DNA of 64,000 nucleotides, from assembly GCA_030650275.1 (NCBI GenBank), contig JAUSEK010000011.1, forward strand, positions 73,890 through 137,889. The letters are read 5' to 3'. Position numbers and translations under genes: made by a program. Below, piece by piece: positions 56,726 to 64,000 of the stretch. Every line of letters starts with the position of its first letter. The stretch's first letter is position 1. Source of the stretch: Candidatus Omnitrophota bacterium. GTDB lineage: Bacteria > Omnitrophota > Gorgyraeia > Zapsychrales > Fredricksoniimonadaceae. The notes beneath the pieces were generated by a model. That model was not told where the DNA came from and did no database searches. It worked only from the letters and a program-made list of their open reading frames with translations.

Positions 56726-57558
56726 ATATCCTGGTGACAGGGGCCGGCGGCTTTGTCGGCAAAAGCTTGTGTCCGCGCCTGGTCCAACGCGGGCATAACG
56801 TGTCCGGCCTTGCCCACGACATCACCACACCTTTTCCTTCACCTCTTCGTTTTGATCTGGTCGTTCATTTGGCCGCGCATAATGTGACTCACGTCGGGGA
56901 CCAGGACAACGGTCTTTACGCGCGCGTCAATGTCCAGGGCACAAAGAACGTGCTGGAGGCCGTTGACGCCGGGCATTTTATATTTTTGTCCACGGCGAAG
57001 GTCTATAAGAACGAAGGCCTGCCTGCCGGCCAGGCAGGCCTGCCGTTGACCGAAGATTCTCCCCTGGGTCCCGTGGGCGCTTATGAAGCAAGCAAGTTGA
57101 AAGCGGAAGAGGCCTGCCGTTCATTTTTTAAAGGCAAACGTCTGGTCATTTTAAGGCCGGTCAATATCATGGGCGAAGGCCAGGCGCCCAAAGCCCTGCT
57201 TCCTATTTTCTTTCAGAAGGCCAGACAGCATCAGCCCTTAGAGATCATGGGTTCAGCCCGCACGCCTGTTCAGTTCGTCTATGTGGACGATGTGGCGGAT
57301 GCTGTTGAAGCTGTGATAGATCATCAGGAAGTTGACGGCATTTTCAATATTGCCTGTGATCAGATCGTGACCATTGAAGAATTGGCCCGCAAGGTCATTG
57401 CGTTGACCTGTTCGTCTTCACCGTTAAATATGCCCGGCGGCAGGGAGGATGTCCCCTGCTCGAGGGTCATTTGCGATAAGGCCCTGCGGCAATTGGGGTG
57501 GAAGGCCAAAACCGGTTTGGAAGAAATCCTGCAGAGATACCAGGAAAATGCCGCCTAA
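56722..57558 (+). CDS. NAD(P)-dependent sugar-nucleotide reductase/epimerase (short SDR-extended, RmlD-like)
   Basis: ILVTGAGGFVGKSL...YEASK. Confidence 0.6.
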   Translation: MNILVTGAGGFVGKSLCPRLVQRGHNVSGLAHDITTPFPSPLRFDLVVHLAAHNVTHVGDQDNGLYARVNVQGTKNVLEAVDAGHFIFLSTAKVYKNEGLPAGQAGLPLTEDSPLGPVGAYEASKLKAEEACRSFFKGKRLVILRPVNIMGEGQAPKALLPIFFQKARQHQPLEIMGSARTPVQFVYVDDVADAVEAVIDHQEVDGIFNIACDQIVTIEELARKVIALTCSSSPLNMPGGREDVPCSRVICDKALRQLGWKAKTGLEEILQRYQENAA

Positions 57559-58663
57559 GAAGATCAAAATATTGGTTTGCGGTGTTTTGCCGCCGCCGAA
57601 TTTCGGACATAGCATGATTTATAAGATGCTGATGGCGTCCTCGTTTGCCAACGCGTTTGAGACCAAATTCCTGAACATGCGGTTTTGGACCTACGGCACT
57701 GATCAAAAGGTGACGGCGGGAAAGCTTTTTAAGATGGTCAAATATTATGCGGTGTTCGTTTGGACCCTGCTTTTTTGGCGGCCTGAATATGTCCTTTATA
57801 ACAGCAGTTTCTATCGGATGCCGTTTTTGAAGGACCTTTTATTCTGTTGGACAGGGATCATTTTAGGAAGCAAGTTCATATTTCATGATCTGGGACAGTA
57901 TGTGAGGGAACTGGACGGGTCCTTGGAGGGGCTCAAGAAGTCGGCCCTGCGCTGGATGCTTAAGAACATGGGCGGGAGCATCATCATGGGCGAGAAAGTG
58001 CGTCAGGATTACGACGGCCTGGCAGATCCAGCGAAACTTTTTGTCGTCCCCGGCGCGGCAGAGGACTCCAAAGAGACCGTGATCGATGCCCCCAAAATTT
58101 CAGGGCGGATCAACGTTTTGTATTTTTCCCATATGAGCCGTTTAAAAGGCGTGTACACGGCTTTTGAGGCGGTGTCCCGCGTCCTTCAAGAACGCGCGGA
58201 TATTATGGCGACCTTTGGCGGGCCGATGGAGGACCAGGAAGTCAAAAGCCGCCTGGAAGAATTACAAAAGGGTTATCCCCAAAGGGTCCATTATCTGGGA
58301 TATGTAGAGGATGCGGTTGAACGGACAAGAATTTTCAGGCAGGCGGACATTTTTATTTTTCCGACCCTCAGGGACGTATTCGGACTTGTTCTTTTGCATG
58401 CGATGGCCGAGGGATTACCGGTGGTGGCCTCGCGAGAAGGCTCGATCCCTGAAATTGTACCGGAGGACACGAACGCCCTGCTCGTTGATAAAGGGGATGC
58501 AAAGGCCCTGGCTGACAAGATACTTCTTTTGGCGGACGATCGTCATTTGCGCGAGGAGATGGGCCAGGCCAACCGCCGCAGGTATTTAGACCACTATTCG
58601 CCGCAGGTGTACGGCCGCAAAATGGTTGAAGTTTTTGAACAGATCCACGGTATTATTCGTTAG
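57548..58663 (+). CDS. GT4 family (GT-B, retaining) glycosyltransferase
   Basis: C-terminal E-x7-E region FPTLRDVFGLVLLHAMAEGLPVVASREGSIPEIV. Confidence 0.75.
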   Translation: MPPKKIKILVCGVLPPPNFGHSMIYKMLMASSFANAFETKFLNMRFWTYGTDQKVTAGKLFKMVKYYAVFVWTLLFWRPEYVLYNSSFYRMPFLKDLLFCWTGIILGSKFIFHDLGQYVRELDGSLEGLKKSALRWMLKNMGGSIIMGEKVRQDYDGLADPAKLFVVPGAAEDSKETVIDAPKISGRINVLYFSHMSRLKGVYTAFEAVSRVLQERADIMATFGGPMEDQEVKSRLEELQKGYPQRVHYLGYVEDAVERTRIFRQADIFIFPTLRDVFGLVLLHAMAEGLPVVASREGSIPEIVPEDTNALLVDKGDAKALADKILLLADDRHLREEMGQANRRRYLDHYSPQVYGRKMVEVFEQIHGIIR

Positions 58664-58746
58664 ACAACTAAAAGCATGAACGCTATACTATTTGCGATTT
58701 ATGGACGATCCGACGTGTATTTTAGGCAAATGTTGACCAGGATGAA

Positions 58747-60201
58747 ATGATGGAACGTATCGCCTTATTTTTGATCGGCTTGTATTCGCTGGGCAGCGCC
58801 AGGTGGGGGTCCAATTTTTCCGAATACCACCTGTCGCTTCCTTCCCTGGATTTTCCTGTATTTATCAGCGAGATCCTGCTCGCCGTTTGTCTGCTGCTGT
58901 GGGCGGTCCAATATGAGCGGCAGAAGATGGTCTGGACCAAGGGACATAAACTGTTCGTTATTTATTGGGCTTTTGTGGTGGTCAAGGCCCTGGGAGAGTA
59001 CGGGGCATGGGGGCCGCTGGCCTTTCGTAACGCGGCGCTTTTTTATTATCCGGCGTTCGCTTTTCTGGGCTATTGTTTTTATAAACGGGAATATTTCAGT
59101 CCATGGTCCATTTACGCCGCCTTGGCATTGTGCATTGTCCTTTCGATCCGGCTTTTTGACACCGGTTATTTCGTATACACCCTGTTCGCGCTGGCCGTGG
59201 TGCTGCTCTTTCATGTCCGTCCTGTGGTCTTGCGCGCGGTGTTGGCCGTTATTTTGATAGGATCGGCGAACTATGCGGGGATGTTTGTCGGCAGCCGCAC
59301 GAATTTGATGGGAACGCTGGCGGCTTTGCTTTTTTTGATCGTGGTTTTTGTCCGCTATTTTTTAAAAGGCGGGTCCAGAGTCAAGACAGCGGTTGGCGCT
59401 GCCGTTGTCCTTGCCGTGCTGGCCGGGGTGGTCCATTTCGCGGACAGGAATGGCGTCCGGTCCCTTTTAAAAGTACGTAACCTGTATCAGATCTATCTGG
59501 ACGACAACGCGTATATCGCACAATTGAAGCAGCATTATCAACCGCGGCCGTTGACGGTGGCTTTGTATAACGACAATGCGGCGCTGAAGATACAGCGCAC
59601 GCCGGCAGCACCGGCCCCGCAACAACAGATGGTGAGTCCGCCGGCTTCCGTTCCTGTTGCGGCTCCTGCCCCACAGAGGCAGACATCTTCGGCATCTACG
59701 GAGCCTACGGGGCCTGTTGCCGCGCAACAGATCTACAGGTCCCTGGCGGATGCCCAAGGCAATGCCGTGTTCAGGCTTTTGATATGGCGAGATATGTTCG
59801 AAGAGTTAAAAGAGCATCCTCTGCGGGGTGTGGGGTTTGGAAAGCCCCAACGTTCGCCGTCGCTTGAGATCATGAATTGGGGGTTTGGTGACTGGAACCG
59901 GGATGGATGGATCACGCCGCACAATGTGTATTTGCACATGATCTACCGTCTGGGCATTGTGGGCGCGCTGGTGATCGTAGTCCTGTTCGGCGTGGTATTT
60001 TATCTGACCAAAAACTTTATATTATTGCGGTCCAAGGACGGGATACTTTTGGTCAGCATCTTGATTTACTGGCTGATGGCATGCAATTCCCTTGTGATCC
60101 TTGAACTGCCTCATTATGCCATCCCTTTCTGGACGCTGATGGGCCTGACATTGGCGTATTGTAACGAACAACGTAAAAATAAGGCCTTAAGGAACACATG
60201 A
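58747..60201 (+). CDS. O-antigen ligase/polymerase-like polytopic membrane protein (Wzy_C-type) with Pro/Ala/Gln-rich insertion
   Basis: Multiple TM helices. Large loop with RGVGFGKPQ...ITPHNVYLHMIYRLG resembles the WaaL/Wzy_C periplasmic loop motif. A low-complexity P/A/Q stretch is encoded around 59560-59740. Confidence 0.5.
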   Translation: MMERIALFLIGLYSLGSARWGSNFSEYHLSLPSLDFPVFISEILLAVCLLLWAVQYERQKMVWTKGHKLFVIYWAFVVVKALGEYGAWGPLAFRNAALFYYPAFAFLGYCFYKREYFSPWSIYAALALCIVLSIRLFDTGYFVYTLFALAVVLLFHVRPVVLRAVLAVILIGSANYAGMFVGSRTNLMGTLAALLFLIVVFVRYFLKGGSRVKTAVGAAVVLAVLAGVVHFADRNGVRSLLKVRNLYQIYLDDNAYIAQLKQHYQPRPLTVALYNDNAALKIQRTPAAPAPQQQMVSPPASVPVAAPAPQRQTSSASTEPTGPVAAQQIYRSLADAQGNAVFRLLIWRDMFEELKEHPLRGVGFGKPQRSPSLEIMNWGFGDWNRDGWITPHNVYLHMIYRLGIVGALVIVVLFGVVFYLTKNFILLRSKDGILLVSILIYWLMACNSLVILELPHYAIPFWTLMGLTLAYCNEQRKNKALRNT

Positions 60202-61013
60202 TGACCCTGATCCAGCCATCCCGCGGCTGGCGCCACATTGATTTTCGTGAAATTTGGGCCTACCGCGAGCTTTTATATTTTTTCACCTGGCGGGACCTGA
60301 AGATCCGCTATAAACAAACCGTCATCGGTGTTTTATGGGCGGTCCTGCAGCCATTTTTAACGATGGTTGTCTTCTCTGTATTTTTTGGCCACTTTGTTAA
60401 AGTCCCGTCGGAAGGGGTCCCGTATCCCATCTTTGTTTATTTGGGGCTTCTGCCATGGACATTATTTTCACAGAGCTTATCCAGAGCATCTGAAAGCGTT
60501 GTTTCCCATTCAAATCTTATCAAAAAAGTGTATTTTCCGCGGTTGATCATTCCGGTCTCGGCTTCCTTGTCCGCTGTGGTCGATTTTTTCATTTCCCTTG
60601 TCATTCTTTTGATCATGATGTTGTTTTATAAGATCGTCCCTGCCGTGGGCATCATTTACCTTCCTTTTTTGGTCATGTTGTGCTTTTTGTGCAGCATTGG
60701 AATAGGTTTTTGGCTGGCCGCGATCAATGTTATGTACCGGGACGTCCGCTATGCCATTCCATTTCTGATCCAGTTGGGGATGTATGTTACACCCGTGATC
60801 TATCCCGTGAGCGTCGTTCCGGAAAAATTTTCCTGGATCATTTATCTGAATCCAATGACCGGCATTATTGAAGGTTTTCGGGCGTCTCTGTTGGGATACA
60901 AGGCCATGCCGGTCGCCGGGATCGGCATTTCATTTTTGGTGACGGTCATTTTTTTGTTATCCGGCCTGTTTTATTTTCGTAAAGTGGAACGCGTTTTTGC
61001 CGATGTGATCTAA
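60198..61013 (+). CDS. wzm: ABC-2 type polysaccharide export permease (Wzm/KpsM/TagG family)
   Basis: N-terminal REIWAYRELLYFFTWRDLKIRYKQTVIGVLWAVLQP is the classic ABC-2 permease start. Six TM helices. Confidence 0.8.
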   Translation: MMTLIQPSRGWRHIDFREIWAYRELLYFFTWRDLKIRYKQTVIGVLWAVLQPFLTMVVFSVFFGHFVKVPSEGVPYPIFVYLGLLPWTLFSQSLSRASESVVSHSNLIKKVYFPRLIIPVSASLSAVVDFFISLVILLIMMLFYKIVPAVGIIYLPFLVMLCFLCSIGIGFWLAAINVMYRDVRYAIPFLIQLGMYVTPVIYPVSVVPEKFSWIIYLNPMTGIIEGFRASLLGYKAMPVAGIGISFLVTVIFLLSGLFYFRKVERVFADVI

Positions 61014-61016
61014 ATT

Positions 61017-62288
61017 ATGAGCCGATCTGTGATCAAAACCTGGGGTCTGGGGAAGGAATATCAAGTCGGCGAGCGCGGGCCCGGGTATCAGACCCTGCGC
61101 GATACGTTATCCAACTATTTTAAACCGGGCAGTTCCCATGTCAAAATTAGCCAGGAGAAGATCTGGGCGGTCAAGGATGTTTCATTTGAGGTCCAACAGG
61201 GTGAAATTATCGGGATCATCGGAAAGAACGGGGCCGGGAAAAGCACCCTGCTCAAGGTCCTTTCGCGTATTACGGAACCGACGGAAGGAAAGGCACAGAT
61301 CCATGGCCGTGTGGGGTCACTTTTGGAGGTGGGGTCCGGTTTTCATCTGGAATTGACCGGACGGGAAAATATTTTTCTCAACGGCGCTATTTTGGGGATG
61401 TCTAAAAGAGAAATAACCGGAAAATTTGATGCCATTGTGGATTTTGCCGAGGTGTCCCGGTTCATTGATACGCCGGTCAAGTTTTATTCAAGCGGCATGT
61501 ATGTCCGGCTTGGTTTTGCCGTCGCGGCTTTTATGGAAACCGAGATCCTTTTGCTGGATGAGGTTTTGGCTGTTGGCGATGTGGCGTTTCAAAAGAAATG
61601 CCTTGGAAGGATCGGAGACATCGCGCAAAGCGGAAGAACGATCTTCTTTGTCAGTCACAATATGGCCGCGATCAAGAACCTGTGCCACCGGGTATTGCTT
61701 TTTGAGCAGGGAAGGATGGTTCTTGATACGCATGCGGATGAAGCAGTCGCGCGTTATTTAGAGCAGCATATTACTGAAGGGGCCGTGGCTGACGAAGCAG
61801 AATGCGCCAAGAATGTTGTCGGAAAACGGGAGGTCGATGTAAACTTACGTTATCTTGAGGTGGCTGTTTTGAACAAGGAAGGAAAGCCGGCTGATCATTT
61901 CTTTTCGGATGAGCCGATCGATATTGCCGTCACCTATCAGTGCTTGTGTCCCGTTGCTGATCTATGGATAGCGGTGCAAATTGTTGATGAGGACAACCAG
62001 CCGCTTTTGATCAGTAATAATGTGGACGAAAAAAAAGAGTTTGAGTTCTATAAGCGTGAAGCCGGTATTTATAGATCGCTGTGCCGCATCGAAGGGAACC
62101 TTTTGGGAGAAAAACAATTCTATATCAGCGTCCAGTTGTTCTCTGTTACGACAGAGCGCCTCAGATTGAATAAAATACTTAAGTTTGCGGTCCAGTTCAA
62201 AGGATACAACAACATCCACGATGATCTGACAAAAAGCGTGTATTTCAGGCCGCATTGCAAATGGGAAACACGGTTAATACAAAAATAG
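61017..62288 (+). CDS. wzt: Polysaccharide ABC transporter ATP-binding protein (Wzt/TagH/KpsT) with ~170-aa C-terminal extension (candidate carbohydrate-binding domain)
   Basis: Walker A GIIGKNGAGKSTLLK. Signature region YSSGMYVRLGFA. Walker B ILLLDEVLAVGD. The C-terminal extension beyond the NBD is the length of Wzt terminal-modification-binding domains. Confidence 0.8.
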   Translation: MSRSVIKTWGLGKEYQVGERGPGYQTLRDTLSNYFKPGSSHVKISQEKIWAVKDVSFEVQQGEIIGIIGKNGAGKSTLLKVLSRITEPTEGKAQIHGRVGSLLEVGSGFHLELTGRENIFLNGAILGMSKREITGKFDAIVDFAEVSRFIDTPVKFYSSGMYVRLGFAVAAFMETEILLLDEVLAVGDVAFQKKCLGRIGDIAQSGRTIFFVSHNMAAIKNLCHRVLLFEQGRMVLDTHADEAVARYLEQHITEGAVADEAECAKNVVGKREVDVNLRYLEVAVLNKEGKPADHFFSDEPIDIAVTYQCLCPVADLWIAVQIVDEDNQPLLISNNVDEKKEFEFYKREAGIYRSLCRIEGNLLGEKQFYISVQLFSVTTERLRLNKILKFAVQFKGYNNIHDDLTKSVYFRPHCKWETRLIQK

Positions 62289-62980
62289 GGGCGATCATTT
62301 TGAGCCGGTACAATTCCGCGCGGCTTCCCGGAAAAGCTTTGATCAAAATAGCCGGTAAGGAAGCACTAGGTTATATCTACGAACGTTTGCTTTGCGTGAT
62401 GGCCCCGGAAGATATTGTTGTGGCGACGTCGGAAGAAAAAGATGATCAGGCGATCGTTGATTATTGCGCGGCCCGGAAGATGAATTATTTCCGGGGCCCC
62501 AAGGACAATGTGGCCCAGCGGTTTCTTTTATGCGGACAACAATTTCATTTTGATCACCTGGTCCGGATCTGCGGGGACAATGTTTTGGTGGACCATCGTT
62601 TATTAAAGAGGATGATCGAAATTGCTTTGAAAGGCGAATATGATCTTGTCAGCAATGCCAAGGACAGGACGTTTCCTGCGGGAATGAGCATAGAAATTGT
62701 TAAGCGCAGTTTTTATGAGCGCATCATCCAGCAAATCATGTCTAAAGAAGACCAAGAACATGTCACAAGCTATCTTTATAAACGCGAAAATCTTGGGAAA
62801 TATTTCTTTGTTTACAATGAGGATTGTCCACGGATGAAAGGCGTTAAATTGGCCCTGGATGATGCGGCTGATCTTCATTTTTTAACGAAAATTATTACAG
62901 CCATGGAAAAAGATCACTGCTCGTATTTGCTCAAGGACATTGAGCGGCTCATGGACCGGTTTAAAATATGCAGAAGCTAA
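62255..62980 (+). CDS. Cytidylyltransferase (acylneuraminate/SpsF-like CTP_transf_3 family), third CMP-sugar synthetase-like gene in the window
   Basis: KIGAIILSRYNSARLPGKAL N-terminal motif. Start is ambiguous and overlaps the wzt 3' end. Confidence 0.6.
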   Translation: MQMGNTVNTKIGAIILSRYNSARLPGKALIKIAGKEALGYIYERLLCVMAPEDIVVATSEEKDDQAIVDYCAARKMNYFRGPKDNVAQRFLLCGQQFHFDHLVRICGDNVLVDHRLLKRMIEIALKGEYDLVSNAKDRTFPAGMSIEIVKRSFYERIIQQIMSKEDQEHVTSYLYKRENLGKYFFVYNEDCPRMKGVKLALDDAADLHFLTKIITAMEKDHCSYLLKDIERLMDRFKICRS

Positions 62981-63978
62981 ACGTCGGTATCATCGGTTTG
63001 GGGGTAGGCGAAAGGCATTTGGAGGCGTACGCGGAACACGCGCGGTGCGGCTCGATCACCGTTTGTGATTTTGACGGCAAGAAAGTCAAACGCATCCAGA
63101 AAGAATATCCTGCCGTTAAGGTGGCCCGTGATGCCAACGAGATCCTGACAGATCCGAACATACAGGTCGTGTCCATCGCCTCCTACGATCATTATCATTA
63201 TGCCCAGGTGTGCCAGGCCGTCAAAAACAACAAGCATGTGTTCGTTGAGAAACCGATATGCCTTCATCCGCGTGAAGCAAAGACCATCAAAAAACTCCTG
63301 AACACCAGGCCGCATTTGAAGATCTCTTCCAATCTCATTTTGCGCAAGTCCCCGCGTTTTCAATTATTGAAAAAGATGATCGCTTCAGGAAAACTGGGGA
63401 CCATTTATCACGTGGAAGGCGACTACAATTACGGCCGGCTGCATAAAATTACTGAAGGGTGGCGGGGAAAGATCGATTTTTATTCAGTTGTGTATGGCGG
63501 GGGGGTCCATATGATCGACCTGATCCTGTGGTTGACAGGCGATCAAGTTGTCGAGGTCAGCGCCTGCGGGAACAATATCTCCAGCCGCGCCACCCAATTC
63601 CGCTACAATGACATGGTCACAGGTCTGTTGAAATTCAAAAGTTCAATGACGGCAAAGGTGTCTGCCAATTATAGTTGTGTCCAGCCGCATTTTCACGGCC
63701 TTACGATTTACGGGACCAAAGGCACCTTTATCAATGGTCCCCAGCATGCCTTGCTATATACCTCGCGGGACCCTTTGATCAGACCAAAGAAGATCGTTGG
63801 TCCCTATCCGGGAATTCATAAAGGGGCTTTGATCCGCGGGTTTGTTGATGCGATCGTCCGTGGGACCGAACCCGAGGTCACCCAAAAAGAGATCTTTCAG
63901 GTGATGGATGCGTGTTTTGCCTTAGAAAAAGCGGTCCAAAGAAACGGAGTTCGCGTTGCGCAGCATCCCATTCGGTAA
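62968..63978 (+). CDS. Gfo/Idh/MocA-family NAD(P)-dependent oxidoreductase
   Basis: LNVGIIGLGVGERHLEAY Rossmann N-terminus and the family's EKP motif (VFVEKPICL). Confidence 0.8.
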   Translation: MQKLNVGIIGLGVGERHLEAYAEHARCGSITVCDFDGKKVKRIQKEYPAVKVARDANEILTDPNIQVVSIASYDHYHYAQVCQAVKNNKHVFVEKPICLHPREAKTIKKLLNTRPHLKISSNLILRKSPRFQLLKKMIASGKLGTIYHVEGDYNYGRLHKITEGWRGKIDFYSVVYGGGVHMIDLILWLTGDQVVEVSACGNNISSRATQFRYNDMVTGLLKFKSSMTAKVSANYSCVQPHFHGLTIYGTKGTFINGPQHALLYTSRDPLIRPKKIVGPYPGIHKGALIRGFVDAIVRGTEPEVTQKEIFQVMDACFALEKAVQRNGVRVAQHPIR

Positions 63979-64000
63979 ACCGATCATTTTGGAAGAAGAA

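Noticed and set aside
59381-59757. Two overlapping minus-strand ORFs in the ligase gene
   Set aside because: They coincide with the Pro/Ala/Gln-rich low-complexity region of the + strand gene. Arg/Pro/Cys-rich translations are artefacts of that composition.
1-64000. Search for rRNA, tRNA, CRISPR arrays and integrase or phage genes
   Set aside because: No cloverleaf-like or rRNA-like segments, no regularly spaced direct repeats, and no recombinase motifs were seen. The only mobile-element trace is the IS3 orfA stub at 37138-37254.

Overview
The window is a dense, almost entirely +-strand (co-directional) surface-glycan biosynthesis island with about 55 genes, bounded at its 5' edge by housekeeping remnants. 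There are no rRNA, tRNA or CRISPR features.

1. The 5' edge carries the 3' end of a pyruvate/2-oxoacid dehydrogenase E1-beta gene, then a methionine synthase (metH) 3' half (B12-binding plus reactivation domains only), then a BtuF-like cobalamin-binding protein that lacks a signal peptide.
2. A Gtr-type module follows: a polyprenyl-phosphate glycosyltransferase (GT2), a radical-SAM/SPASM enzyme, and a GT-C-like membrane protein.
3. A perfect sigma70 promoter with a palindromic operator sits ahead of a winged-helix regulator. This regulator heads a pseudaminic-acid-like nonulosonic acid operon (PseB, an RmlD::PseC fusion, a PseF-like cytidylyltransferase, a NeuB/PseI synthase, PseH-like GNAT) that also carries extra tailoring enzymes.
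4. An imperfect roughly 100-bp copy of that promoter/operator/leader lies at about 18.0 kb and drives a second operon. That operon encodes a heptose pathway (GmhA, a domain-permuted HldE-like enzyme) with a split transketolase, tandem DegT aminotransferases, a kinase, C- and O-methyltransferases, a carbamoyltransferase, a B12-radical-SAM enzyme and a putative TIGR04372-like transferase.
5. An IS3-family orfA relic at about 37.1 kb marks the junction to a third module. That module has a second TIGR04372-like paralog, a fused ABC exporter, an aldolase/dehydrogenase/HAD/cytidylyltransferase set, many methyltransferases, PIG-L deacetylase, GT2 and GT4 transferases, rmlB/rmlA-like genes, an O-antigen ligase-like membrane protein and Wzm/Wzt.

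Functional calls rest on recognisable protein motifs read from the supplied translations. No database search or computation was run.
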